A stretch of DNA of 64,000 nucleotides from Fistulifera solaris. Lineage: Eukaryota. The position numbers were made by a program, and so were the translations under genes. This document shows, one piece after another, positions 1 to 12,375 of the stretch (its first letter is position 1; each line of letters starts with the position of its first letter). The stretch covers positions 434,001-498,000 of the forward strand of contig AP026151.1 in assembly GCA_030295235.1 (NCBI GenBank), given 5' to 3'. Under the pieces are notes generated by a model, which saw only the letters and a list, made by a program, of their open reading frames with translations, was not told the DNA's origin and ran no database searches.

Positions 1-3000
1 ACAGGAGAGGTGAACCTAAAAGTTTTCGATGCAGAAAGGAGTTCAAAAGTCCACCATTTGGGGAACATAGCCCCAATCAGCAAATTTGTCGCAGAGCGTA
101 TCTCGAGTTTTACAAAGGTAGACGATTGCCGTAGTAACGCTGCTTAACACGTCGCCGTTTGCTTCGGCGACGACTGCAGTGCTTTGAGAGGTTTCGATGA
201 CAGCTGATGGCGAGGAACAAAAAGTCTCTAGCTCTTTCTTCCATCGCTGTAGGAGATGTTCTAAAAACGATGAAGGATCTCGTAGCTGGAACGTCGGCTC
301 TTTGAGAAAACGAGAAACGTAAACACCGCCGATGTATAACTCTTTCTCAAGACGTTGGTACCTCACGATTGTATCTGGTGGAATCGTATAATTCTCAGTT
401 TTTCCGCCCAGGGCCTTCTTTGTCTCTACCAGGGTATCTAGAAGCTCAGAGAGCACTCTTCGAATTTCTGCTCGCATCGAGCCATCCCAGATGAGCTCAG
501 GTGTATCAGCACTGGAATCAAAAGCTTCAAGCATCTGTTCCGGTCCCTCTTTTAACTTAAAAATTAAAGTCCGCGGAAGGAAACGCGTCAAGTGATTATC
601 TGTTGTTCGATTGAGTTAGATAAAAAAGCGAATCGAAGCCTTGTTCATGATTAACGTACCAATATGCGTCCCTGCCAAGGGATCCCATGTCATCTTTGAT
701 AGTGTCTTGGCTGCTCCTACTCGGGAACTCCAGGTCTTTGTGAACTGAGAGTAACCCACGACGACACCGAGTAGCTCCAACCAAACGCTAGACGAGACAA
801 TTTGCGAGGCAATAACTCGAGAAGAAGAAAGAGCTTCGAGAACCTTCCAACCGTTATTCTTCCGCTTCGAATCTTTCATTTCGCCACCATCTGAAGAGTG
901 TTCACTGTCGTGAAGGTCGGGACTCTCAATAAGATCCACAAGTCTCCAGAGAACACCCTCATTGGCCACCGAAGTTGCGAACGCCTGATTAGAACTAATG
1001 ATAGACAAAGCCTCAGCTCCAGAGTCAAATACCTTTTACGAAAAATGAGTGTATAGAAATATCTCGCGCAGCAACAATCACATGGTCTCACCTCTAATTC
1101 CTCCGGGACATTTAGCAAGCTTAAAAAAAGCGAAACGACGAGCGCGGGGCATTCCTCTAGGGCGCTGGTCACGATTCCGTCCACTCGACAAAGTGCGACA
1201 AGGGAGGCTACTACGAGCAAAAATGCCTCTGATTCCACATAACATCCTTCGTTTTGCTCAGCCGGTAGACCAAAGCTAGCTAGATCTTGCACCAATTTTG
1301 ACATGTTCAGACTAAAGGCAAGGTATCGGCACATTGCAACACAGAAAGCGACAGGATTCGGGATCTTTCCTAGCGCCTCCTTTCCGTGCTTGTTAAAGAT
1401 CCTGAGATAAACGCCTCCTACCTTCACTTCTCGCTTCAGCTCCTCGTAGCAAAAATCGCTGATAACACGAAATTCTTCTTCTATCGTTGTATACATCGTA
1501 AATGGTCGTTTTTCTTCCACGCATTCAATAAATTTTTCCAAATATTTTTGCATCGAAGACTTCCAGATAATAGTTGCTGTTTCAGTGTTAGAGTTGAGAA
1601 CACGGAGAATTTCGTCGCTGCGCTGGTTTCTTAACATCAAAGCGACTGGATCGGTCAATAAAACTTGTAACGCGGACAATACATCATCCCTTATTGGCGA
1701 GTCTTTAATGGAACCCGACAGCATGCCGAGAGCTCGCACTGAGTTCTTTGCAGGAATATTTATCATCGACGGAACGCCTTCCCCGTTGGCACTGTTTCCT
1801 TCTGATTCCGCGGTCACGTCGTAAGTCAAAGTAGCCCGAATCAAAGGCCAAATTATACCACTTTTGGCAAGTTTTTCTTGTAAAATGCCGTCCCTGGCCA
1901 TATTAGCAACACAGTCAATTGCAAACGCTTTCGTTTGTTCTTCATCGTCACTCGGCTGGCCGTTGAGATTCAAGCTACCATCGATACAACGCCGAAGATC
2001 AAAGAAAATGACTTCTTGTTTATCCATGGACTTTGCTGCGCTCCTTCCGCTCTCATAGTACATGATGCCGGAAAGTGTTTGAACGGTAAACCGTATGATA
2101 CGGCGTAAAATGTCAGAAATCCCTCTGCTCTGTCCTGACTTCTTTACAGCCAGCAGCGATACCATGGAAAACGAAAGAAGAGAGGTCAAACAAGGAACGC
2201 CTTCTTCAACAACCAGCTCCTCTGCATTGAGCGGTGACACGAGGCAAGTTCGGAATACCAACTCGGTTGTCATCTGAATGAGTTCAGCAATTTCTTTCTT
2301 CAAAAGGGACATTTCAAAATCTGATCGTCATTCTCATTTACAAGCATTTCGTAATAGGAAGATGGAAGCCTGAGGCACGACAAAAGGACTTGATAAGCAG
2401 GATATTTATACCGTCTCATTTCCTTCTCGTATCGACGACAAATGAGCAGTTGAGCTTGTATCAAAATCTGGATGTTTTTCATCGAGGCTATAAAGAGAAG
2501 CCCATCGTGTGCCTCGGCATTAAGATTCGGATCAGAAGTGCCATCAAACGGAGCAATCTTGCCCCCGCCTTCCAGCAGAGGCTGCAACAACTCGTAAGAT
2601 GCCTGAATAGACTCAAACATGTCTCTGCCTGAGGGATTCTTGTCTGGGTGGTATACACGAGCGAGCCGTCGGTAAGCTTTCCGCAACTCCTTGATACTGT
2701 CCCCTACTTTGAGTTCCAAAATTTGACGCGCACGATCTTGCGCATCTTCGCTACTTCCATTATCCTCACTCAAAGACTTTTTGAAATGCTCTAGACACGA
2801 TCGAAACACTTCAACTGGTTCAGCCATAGGCCAATCAGGGAAACGACCTTCGTCGCACAGGTTGCAAAGATAATAATTGTGACAAAAATTTCTTTCTCGA
2901 GGCGAGGGTACGCAACACCCGGCATCGGACAGTACTCGTACTCTGTTCCGTTGTTCTGGAAGAGACGCAACGGAAAATCACCTAGATGCTGCCGAATCAT

Positions 3001-6000
3001 CTCAATTAGATGCTTCCTCATTTCAAACGTCCAAATTACTTCTGGTGTGTCGGAACCACCGACAAACACATCGGCAAACCGCTCTGGCCCATAATTGACT
3101 AATATATGGAGAAGCCCTTCAGGTAAGAGTTGTCCAAGGATGCTTCGTTCTTTCAGCGGAATCTCATCTTGTGCAGCTGCTGCTGAAAATCCTGATCTGA
3201 AATGCTGTTCTAGGTGGGTTGCATGGAGTAGCTTGGCTATCCCTTTAAAATTATTTCCTTGGTAGCAACACGCAAAGAAGAAAATGCCTGTTAAATAAAG
3301 CTTCTGGATGGCGCGATCGTTCTGTCGTGTGATTTTGTAAACAAGGTCAGCTGCTTGATCCACTAAGTCTGCGTTATTGCAAAGAAGAGCCTGGCATAAG
3401 GTTGCTAGTGGGTTTGTGTCGTTATTCGGTGCCCGAGTCGAAAGAATTCGCTTCGATATTGGAATGGGTAAATATGGAACGCCCCTGTTGTCGACACTCT
3501 TGTGCAAATCTAATATTCTTGTAAGCGCGTTGAGTGCCAGTCTCGCAACATCTGCAGGGGCGGAGATAACGCTACTTCCAGCGTCAGTGCAGAGAGTCCA
3601 TCGTAATTGCCAAACGCTATCAAGTCTTTTCCATTTACCCGTGTCAATCTGAATTTCATCGACAACATCAGATTGGTCATCAATGTCGTACTCTTCGACA
3701 TGAGCAGTTGTCACCAAATCATAATGACTCAAAGACCCTGAATCAATCATTTGACGTAAGTTCGAAAGACGAAAAGGGCCCCGAATCTTTTCTGGAGGAG
3801 GAGGTATCTTAGCTGTTGAAGCAACATACCACACAGCAGGACAGACCATATCACTAGACACTTGAGCTGATTGTTGCGCTGCGGCTGTAATATCGGAACC
3901 ATCTGTGATAAGAATATCTTTGGCTCCAACCGACAAAGCGCGACTCAGCGAATTCGAAATTATTTGGCTGCGATCGGTGTGAGCCCAAGCCACGAATTGG
4001 CAGAGTTGGCTTATACTTTCGATGTTCAACAGTTGTTCAGCATTCTCAGGAATGTCGGCTGAATCTGACTTATCAGAATCACCTAATATGACCGCCAGCA
4101 ATTTGAGTAACCTATGCTGCGTTTCTAAGCTTCTTGTCGTACACATGGTTCGTACGATTATCATAACATCGGTAAATGGTCCAATCTTCGCCGCGTGAAT
4201 GGCATACAATTTTTCGATGCATCGAATCACCATATTTGTTATCTGTGCATACAGCGAAATGTGAGACGGTAAGCTTAAGCGATCTATGATAGGGGGAGCT
4301 GCCTACTTACTTGCTCATCGCGATCAATCTCACAAAGAAATCTACGAAATAGATGCTCAAATAACCGAACTGGTTCATCCCAACTTTTGATAAACCCATC
4401 CCCAGCTTCCAACCATAGGCGCATGTATATATTGCCCACGACCAGCTCCTTGTCCAAAGAAGGATAATCCACTCTGAACTGCTGGTGATTCCACGCTATC
4501 CCATCTAATCCACGTGCTTCCGTTTCACGTCTCATGAACGCAATCTCGCTTTCCAGAGAGATCCGCAGTTCTCGTCTGGTTTGAAGGGACCAGATGAGAT
4601 CAGGGAGGTTGTGGTCTTTCGTGAGTACATGGAAGAAAATGCGAAAATTTTCCACTAGCGGTCCCTTTTTGTTGTCGATCGTGGTTGCTGCAGCAAGATT
4701 GATTCTTGACCGAAGTCGATCCATATTGGTTCCGGCACCACCGTAAGCTGTTTCGACACTGCCTTCTGGCGATGTCTCGCCTATACTGTCTCTCTCTAAT
4801 TCATCCAATTGCTCCTCTTCAACTTTACTTAAAAGAGGCATGCTAAGATACGTCAAGAATCCATGAGGCACCATCCGTCGGAGCAATCGCTTCTCGGGGC
4901 AACCTGCCGGACCTGACAACCACAAGCTGCAGAGATATCTACTAAGAAATCTTTGACCTTCCATTGGGCTGTATACAGCCAAATAAAAATGCTCTAACAA
5001 AACAGCCAGACTCAACGCCTCGTCTCTGATTGCTTTAGCAGCAGATGGTGCATGAGTCAGCAGTATATGCAGCAGTAAAGCGGTATTTTCTATAACGCAA
5101 GGGGAATGGGACTTTAGAGCTGACAGCAAACCCCGATACCTGAACATGTTGTTATGAAGAAGTGAGCAATCAATAGCCAGCGAACATATTCATCATGATA
5201 CTTGCCTTTGCGCCAAAGCCGAAACAAACATATTAAAATGATCTGGACTTGTGGTGTCATGAAAAGAACACAAAACGCTTTGCAAGATATCGCTAGCAGC
5301 CATAAGAATGAGTTCCGAGACCCGTTGTCGTCGGTCCTGACTGGATGACTTTGTCTCAACAAGAGACGAAACAATTTCCGTGACGAGCTCCGGCCCCCCG
5401 CACATGAAAATAACATTTTTGTTCACGTACTCTGACTCTTGATCGCGCGAATCTTCGTTTCCAGACAAAAGGACACCCAACACGCGCAGCGCCCAAAATT
5501 GACTAAAGATATCCTGCTGTGGAAAAGCGCTGAACAAAGATGGAATAGCTTCATGGAATGTTGTCAACTCCGTGGAAACTTTATAGCCAGTAATTGTCTT
5601 CGACAAACGATAGAGAGTCTGCAAAATGGTACTCACAGCAAACTCTCGTGTTATGAGACGCTCTTCTAAAATCTCAGCGTCTTTCTGTGGCATAATTGGT
5701 GAAGTCACATGAAAAAGGCCCGCTAGCAATCCCCACAGCGCTCCAATGGTTCCTGATATAATTTTGTCTTTTCCCGTTGCTGGCAAACCCGCGGAATCAG
5801 GCGAGACACTGGCGTTGAATTCGATACAAGCCTCTACTAACGTGTCACACTCTTCTAGCAAATTGAAGTTCTCCCCTTGACGCTCACCAAAGATATGAGA
5901 AGCGTATGCATACGTCTGAGTTGCCAAGTTATAGACCTTTTGAAGACAGTATAGAGGAATAGAGAGAGGCTGGAACAAGGCTGCCGCTCCCGATGTTTGA

Positions 6001-7633
6001 GAGGCCGCGGCAACATTGGACGTTGTCAGCAACGACTGACCGAAAGGTGTCAATGAATATCCGTCACTTGCTACATTTGATACGTAAACTGATACACTTC
6101 CACTGCTGCGCCCAGAGTTATCTCTGCTTTTTGATTCGTCCACGTTGAGCATGCATCGAGTAGCGAGACCAGCATGGAGTCACGTTCACTGCATCCATAA
6201 GTTCGGCTAGAACCATCTCGAAATTCTATCTTTATTTCATCGGGCGGAAGCCGAATAAGACCCGAAATACCAGATAAACGTCGACAAGAAACAATCCCGC
6301 CATCGCGTTCGACTAAATAGCCCGCCGACGTGATGGTTAACTGCCGCGATACTATACCACCCAGAAAGGCGTTGTCGTCATCCACGTACGCACTGTCATG
6401 TCGACGCGTCGCCTTCCGCACCGGCCATGAAATGACCGTTGCGCCCACATCTATTTGTCGTCTCGACGTCATCCACTGCGCTATGGTCATACTTGTGCCA
6501 GATGCTCCCGTCATGAGGCCCAAAATGGCCATTTGATCGCCCGTATATCGTATGAGTTCATTTCGATTGTTGCGACCCACGGGGTGCACCAGATAGAGGC
6601 ACGACTTGAATGGCTGATGAAAATGAACCATCACCCCTCGTTCATCGTCAGCAACAGGGACGAGTTCGCGGATATCCGTGTATCGATAGGTTTGTAGTAC
6701 GTTATTGGTTCGCGGATGTATCTCGACGAGACCGTAGGGCTTGGCGTGCAAGTGAACCGGTCGCGTCGTTCCGTGTCGTGTGTAGCGTTCAACCTGAGAC
6801 CAGACGCCCACCACACTCGGTGACATTTGCCCCGCCGCATCTTGACATTCCAGCAAAGCCGTCAACACGTGCGCGCGGTGTACATCGTGGCAAGATAATT
6901 TCAAAACGTCTTTACCGACTTGCAATAGAATCGTTTCACCTTCTTTGGCTTGCCATTCGGTAATGGCCGAGTAGGGCCATCGATTCGTCTCTTGCAGGCT
7001 GTCATTGGTGGGATCATAGGTGGCGAAATCGTGCGCATTCAAAATCAACAGCCGCGTATATCCGGTTCTCCAAGAACGGAGCTTCGTGACTTGAAATCGA
7101 TAGAGCGGCCGTTGATCATTCTTCCCGCGTTCCTGTCGATCTTTTTCGTGTTGAGATACCATTTTCTGTGAAGGCGTAAAGCCTAAATTGACTTTCGGGT
7201 CGTGTCCTCGTTGGAAGAAATGTTGCAATTTGGCAGTCAATTTCTTGGTTCCAGCCACCACTTTCATCGTATTTTCCACTGGCTCCATAACGGCTGGATG
7301 ATTCGAGCTCGCCGGTGCTCCAAACGCTGGACTCAGCTGTGCATGAGTCAACGGATAAGGCTGACCAGGAAGTCGTTGCGGCGTGTGAATTTGTTGTTGC
7401 GAGAAAGGCTGCTGCTGCTGCTGGGGCGGGTGTTGTTGAACGTGCTGCGGCGGAAGCAAGGTGGGATGCTGTTGAAAGCTCTGCTGCAGAGAGGATTGTT
7501 GCATGGATTCCGGACTAAAAGCGCCACCTGCCGGCTGCGACTGAAACGCTGGTTGATTCGGATTCCAAGCTGTTTGCTGTTGCTGCTGTTGATGTCCTTG
7601 CATCGTCCGGTGATGCGGATTCTGCGCTGACAT
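1..7633 (-). CDS. DNAJC13: RME-8/DNAJC13-like endosomal J-domain protein, multi-exon; 3' end runs off the window
   Basis: J domain (ELRKAYRRLARVYHPDKNPSG). RME-8-type repeats (PELIWDGSMR, LPDLIWS, PEVIWTFEMR, ELYIGGVYV, VKVGGVYLR). GYF-like segment (WYVAS..RGPF). Q-rich N-terminus. Introns 5140-5205 (GC-AG), 4243-4310, 1033-1091 and 600-659. Single-base frameshifts near 6100-6150, 2885, 2303 and 46. Confidence 0.92.
7400..7592 (-). repeat. CAG/CAA-rich polyglutamine-coding tracts
   Basis: (ctg)n and ttg runs on + encode QQQQQQ, PPQQQQQP and similar tracts in the RME-8 N-terminus. Confidence 0.7.
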
Positions 7634-8123
7634 TTTCTTTCTCCGCCGGCTTTGTGTTGACAAAACAAACTTTTTTCTAAATCAAAAGCAAATCCTATAC
7701 TACTGGCGGCTTACTCCTCTTAAAGAATAAATTTTGAGTAGACACAAGGAAAGAAGATCATATACTTCGATAGATCTTTCGAATATAAGTCACGGCAAAT
7801 GCTTTTCGTTGACAGCATTTTCTTGCTGTCGTTTTGCGCGTGCTTCGCTGCACTCAACGGTCCGAATCGTTGTATGTAGAACAACTACGTAGTACACGGG
7901 AATCCTGAGTCGAGAATGGCACTGGGCAAAGTTAGTCCCGCTTTTTGTCACACCGCGTTGCCCGTGCAACTAGGGAGGCGGATCCGGGCGGATGCTGTAC
8001 AACAAGAACGGCAAAACAGAATATAGTCTAACCTGATCATGACGCCTTTTCTATATTCATTTAATCAATCCTTCATCACATTCGTTAAATGAGCTCAATT
8101 CGCACTTCAACAGACAATGATGA

Positions 8124-9290
8124 CTAGCCTTCGTCAGGAGCTTCGTCTTTCAAAACGACTTCGACATTGGAAAAGATCAACAGGTGATTCCCCGCAGCCG
8201 CCTTCCATTCCACAAGGCAATGACTCATATCCAAATTTACAAAGTACTCTTCGCCTTGGTGGCAATGTAAGACCCGCGATTTATTGGGTCGATGACCGGC
8301 CAATTCGCGGTAACCGCTCGGCTGGTGACCACCCAGGCGTTGTCGGACGCGGTCTCGTTGCCAGGTACGCTGCTGCTTCCACGTTTTATCATTTAAATTA
8401 ACCTTTTTTCTTTGCTCATAACAATAGTACCGACCCACATCTTGTAGTGCTCCTACGAGGAGGATGGAGGGTGACGCATCGTCCGGATGGTCGAAAAAGG
8501 CATCCAGTTCGGCCTGCTCTCGGGGAGGCCATGAATCGGGTATTTGTAACAGGGGTGGAGCATCGTACGGCCGCCGTGCGATTTCGGTGGGAAGCATCGG
8601 CGTTCTTGGGATGGTGCGTCGTTTCGGACGATGGTCACCTTTTCTCTTTTTTCGTTTCCGTAACAACTCCATGTCTTTTTCCTTCTGTTGCTCTTCATCC
8701 ATGAGTACGGAATTATCGTCATCTTCGACTTGTTTCGTTTTGTAATACAGACGTTGCGGAATTTCCTGGACCAACTTGTGGACGAGACTCCAATCATGAG
8801 GCCAATCGGTATGACCGGCACGACCCCACGCATCCAATTGGTCGATTACGGTCGCGGGGTCCGGCTCTTCGGTCGAATTTTCGGGTTGAGGGCATTGCAA
8901 ACTCCAAAGACGTCCCAATGTTGTGAGGTTACCGGGTACTATGGATTCTTCTTGACGAGTACTAGTATTGTTTTGTGTCGCTCTCGGAAGGAACGGCGAT
9001 TGCTGATAATAGAGCGTTTCACGGCCGCTTTCAACGACACGATCGATCCATGCGGCCGCGATGTGAAATCCCGCCCGACACAATCGCTCCTTCCAGCGCT
9101 GGGCGACGGCGTCACACGCCGCTTGCGCTTGCTGTACCGCATCTTCGTGCAGTTGATACGTTTCTTCATCGACCATCGCACAGGATTGAATTAAAATTTG
9201 CAAGGCGACTTCGCGCAGCGTCGCTTGAATCCAAGTCGCCATGTGGGCTTGTGCTGCTGTCGAAGCTTGTTCTTGAATGACTTGTTCCAT
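8124..9290 (-). CDS. Hypothetical protein with a basic NLS-like patch
   Basis: Long intact ORF. Likely start MEQVIQ at 9290. Contains RKRKKRK. No family recognised. Confidence 0.65.
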   Translation of the reverse strand: MEQVIQEQASTAAQAHMATWIQATLREVALQILIQSCAMVDEETYQLHEDAVQQAQAACDAVAQRWKERLCRAGFHIAAAWIDRVVESGRETLYYQQSPFLPRATQNNTSTRQEESIVPGNLTTLGRLWSLQCPQPENSTEEPDPATVIDQLDAWGRAGHTDWPHDWSLVHKLVQEIPQRLYYKTKQVEDDDNSVLMDEEQQKEKDMELLRKRKKRKGDHRPKRRTIPRTPMLPTEIARRPYDAPPLLQIPDSWPPREQAELDAFFDHPDDASPSILLVGALQDVGRYYCYEQRKKVNLNDKTWKQQRTWQRDRVRQRLGGHQPSGYRELAGHRPNKSRVLHCHQGEEYFVNLDMSHCLVEWKAAAGNHLLIFSNVEVVLKDEAPDEG

Positions 9291-9565
9291 TGTTGTGGCA
9301 ATAATGTCATGTTCGAAGGAATGAAGAAAAGCAAAACAACAAATTAAAAATCGAGGCGCACTAAAATCTCGATTAAAAGTCACTAGGGTTAGCGGTTTCT
9401 GGTTGGTGCGGAAATGGATTCGGTGACGACTTATTAGTGACTCAAGGATTTCGTTCATGACTCGCTTATGCATTCTGTGTTTTTGCCTCGCACACGCGAG
9501 ATGCATGGCAAAACGTTTTGACAAATAATGCGATCAATCCTCAATCATTATCATTTCAAATCATT

Positions 9566-10970
9566 ATGGTCTTCATATCGACACTGCAAGTTCTATTGGG
9601 TCAACCGTCGGCACGGTCCGTCTTTGCTTTTGGCGTCCGTTATTTGACACACCGCATGGCGTGGGAAGAAATGGTCCTGGGATGTTTCTTTACCTTTCCC
9701 CTTTCGCTGTTGGTGGCGCATTTGACGGTTCGGATGGCGGCAGCCGGATGGCGACCGTCTTGGATCCGATCGGATCTGTGGACGACCTTTTAATTACGGT
9801 CGTGGGAGATGTCTTTTGGAAATTTTATTGCCCTCATTGCAATGTTTGCCTCCGCCGACGGATCCGGGGCCCGATGTCTTTGCGGAAATGGTGTGGGAGG
9901 ATACCGATCAGAGTCCCTTCGAGCCAGAAACGGCGCTAACATTCTGGATGTGGTTCCAGCGTGTCTGGGGATTCGCTTGTCCCAGTCGCCTGGATCGTCA
10001 CCAATTGTTGTCTCCGGACGCGGTCGGTTCGCTCTTGACGCTCCGCCTTTTCTTCATGTGCCTAGGTGTTTATTTGGGGGAATCCTTTTGCCCATTGCAC
10101 TCACGGGAGGCATCGCTTGCGGAAAGTCGATCGTCGCACAATTGTTGGTCGATCCGCGCCACGAAAAGAAGGGCCGCAGCAAACGTCGCAAGCCGACGAC
10201 GAAAAGTGAACGCTCGCGGGGAATGTTTGGGAATCATCATTTGGAAGAAGAAGAGGGGACGTTTTATTTAGTCGATGCGGACAGCATCGGACACGAATCT
10301 TGTTGCCGCCGTCCGTGTTGGCGTCGGGCAATAAAGGAACGTCTGAGGAAGAAGGGGAATATACTGTGTATCCGAATGAATCCGTTTTTGAAGAAGTCGT
10401 GGACGTGTTTGGTGATGCGGAAGCGGATCATCGCAACATTCTAGACGACAATGGTCTGATCGACCGCCGCAAACTCGGTGCCATTATTTTTCAGGACCCC
10501 ACCCAACGTCGCGCTTTGAATCAAATTACGCACCCCCGCATCATTCTCATTCTGCTCAAGCGTCTGCTGTACGGCATTTTTGGTCCAACCATGACTTTGT
10601 TTGTGCCGATGTTCCCCTCTTGTTCGAAAGCGGCCAACTCCGACGGCTCTTCGGCATTGTGATTGTGGTGGCCTGCGATCCTGAACTGCAATTGCAACGA
10701 CTGAAGACGAGAAATCCGGACTTGACGGAACAGCAGTGCCGCGACCGCATAGCGAGTCAAATGCCGATCGAAGTCAAGGCAAAGATGGCCGATATTTGTA
10801 TATGGAACAATGGAGATTTGGATGCCTTGGCGGATCAAGTCGCAGAAGTCCGAAGGGATGTCATGGGTCGCGTGTACGGAATCGGAATGTCGCTCTTCCA
10901 AATGCTTCTGTTGGTCGGCGGTTCGTTATCATTGGCCGTCACATCGAAGCTGTTTTTGATGTGGAACTAG
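9566..10970 (+). CDS. coaE: Dephospho-CoA kinase (CoaE/DCAKD-like) with hydrophobic N-terminal extension and C-terminal TM
   Basis: Motifs IALTGGIACGKS, VDADSIGH, IDRRKLGAIIF, LNQITHP, DVPLLFE, QLQRLKTRN and RIASQMPIEVK..AD..I.NNG, spread over frames joined by about 5 single-base indels (~9790, 9815, 10088, 10300, 10585). Confidence 0.88.
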
Positions 10971-11194
10971 ATGCTGGAGCTATATCGTTCAAAGCGCCTC
11001 GGAAGATACTCATTTTGTTTATGCTATTATACAGAAGTTACGATAAAACAAATATTACGTTATTGCTTTACTTCATTATTAATTGCGGCGTACAGATACG
11101 TTACTAAGAGTTATTCGAGTTCAGCGATGACTGAAAATAATCCTGATAAGTAGCCTTCAAAGCAGTACATCAGAATCTCTCATAGCGGAGCTGT

Positions 11195-12375
11195 TTAAAG
11201 TCTCTTTCCTTTGCCTCCTTTTCCACTGGAGTCGCCCTTTCCGCCCTTTCCTCCTTTACCGCTGGATCCTCCCTTGCCGCTGGAGTCGCCCTTGCCTCCT
11301 TTTCCTCCCTTGCCGCTGGAGTCGCCCTTTCCTCCTTTACCGCTGGAGTCACCCTTTCCTCCTTTGCCGCTGGAGTCACCCTTTCCTCCCTTGCCGCTGG
11401 AGTCACCCTTTCCTCCTTTTCCTCCTTTGCCGCTGGAGTCACCCTTTCCTCCCTTGCCTCCTTTGCCGCTGGAGTCACCCTTTCCTCCCTTGCCTCCTTT
11501 GCCGCTGGAGTCGCCCTTTCCTCCCTTGCCGCTGGAGTCGCCCTTTCCTCCCTTGCCGCTGGAGTCGCCCTTTCCTCCCTTGCCGCTAGAGTCGCCTTTG
11601 CCTCCCTTTCCGGATTTCTTGCTCATTCCCTTTCCGCTGGAGTCGCCCTTTCCTCCCTTTCCAGACTTGGAACCTCCTTTTCCGGATTTCTTGCTCATTC
11701 CCTTTCCAGATTTGGAGCCTCCCTTGCCCTTTCCGGACTTCTTGCTCATTCCCTTTCCGGACTTGGAGCCTCCCTTGCCCTTTCCGGACTTGGACTTTTT
11801 GCTCATGCCTTTTCCAGACTTGGAGCCTCCCTTGCCCTTTCCAGACTTGGACTTCTTGCTCATGCCTTTTCCGGACTTGGATCCTCCCTTGCCCTTCTTT
11901 CCTTTTCCTCCTTTGCTAATTCCTTTTCCGGATCCTCCCTTGCCCTTCTTGCTCATTCCCTTTCCTCCCTTGCTGATTCCCTTACCAGAGGGCTCTTCTG
12001 GTTCAGGCTCTTCTGGCTCTGGTTCAGGCTCGTCTACACTGGGTTCGTGGTAGTGAACGGGTTCATCTTCACTGGGTTCGGGATGATGAACATGTCCCAT
12101 GCCCATGCTCTTTTGCCGTGGCTGACATACGAAGGTGTACCCACCATACCGACATCCATGCTGTAGCTTCCATGCGATCCGGTGGCTAGAAATCTATCCC
12201 ATTCGATCACATGCTCGGAAAAGAAGTCACTCGCCGGAGCCGCCGCGCTGCTGCGATCCGATTGCACGACCTGGACGCGTCGTCGGCGTCGCAGAGCTTC
12301 CTTCTCTTCTTCAGCATGCGAGCTGACAAATAGGGCTACCACAAGGAGCGTACACACTCGGTTGAACGTATTCAT
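11195..12375 (-). CDS. Secreted Lys/Gly/Ser-rich repetitive protein, silaffin/cingulin-like (~390 aa)
   Basis: Signal peptide MNTFNRVCTLLVVALFVSSHA, then an R5 stretch, a WDRFL (RXL) site, a His/Pro/Glu linker, and ~260 aa of SKSGKGKGG, KGMSKK and GKGDSSGKG repeats. One missing A at ~12112 joins ORFs 12034..12657 and 11195..12106. Confidence 0.8.
11205..11990 (-). repeat. Coding minisatellite: 27/36-nt GKGDSSGKG(GKG) units and 45/54-nt SKSGKGKGGSKSGKGMSKK units
   Basis: On +, ccttgccgctggagtc(a/g)ccctttcctc recurs over 11210-11660 and ttgctcat(t/g)cc(c/t)tttcc(a/g)ga recurs over 11610-11990. Confidence 0.95.

Noticed and set aside
7870..8050. Possible structured ncRNA or TPP riboswitch upstream of RME-8
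   Set aside because: Only a short hairpin (GTTGC-ccgt-GCAAC) and an isolated AACCTGAT; the remaining conserved elements were not found.
9566..10970. Programmed ribosomal frameshifting in CoaE and other genes
   Set aside because: Shifts go in both directions, sit in plain homopolymers and affect many unrelated genes; sequencing error is simpler.
11205..11990. Short direct repeats as a possible CRISPR array
   Set aside because: No unique spacers, unit lengths are multiples of 3, the region is coding, and the context is eukaryotic.
11211..12053. 280-aa Pro-rich ORF on +
   Set aside because: Antisense shadow of the Gly/Lys repeat gene; no ATG start and no signal peptide.
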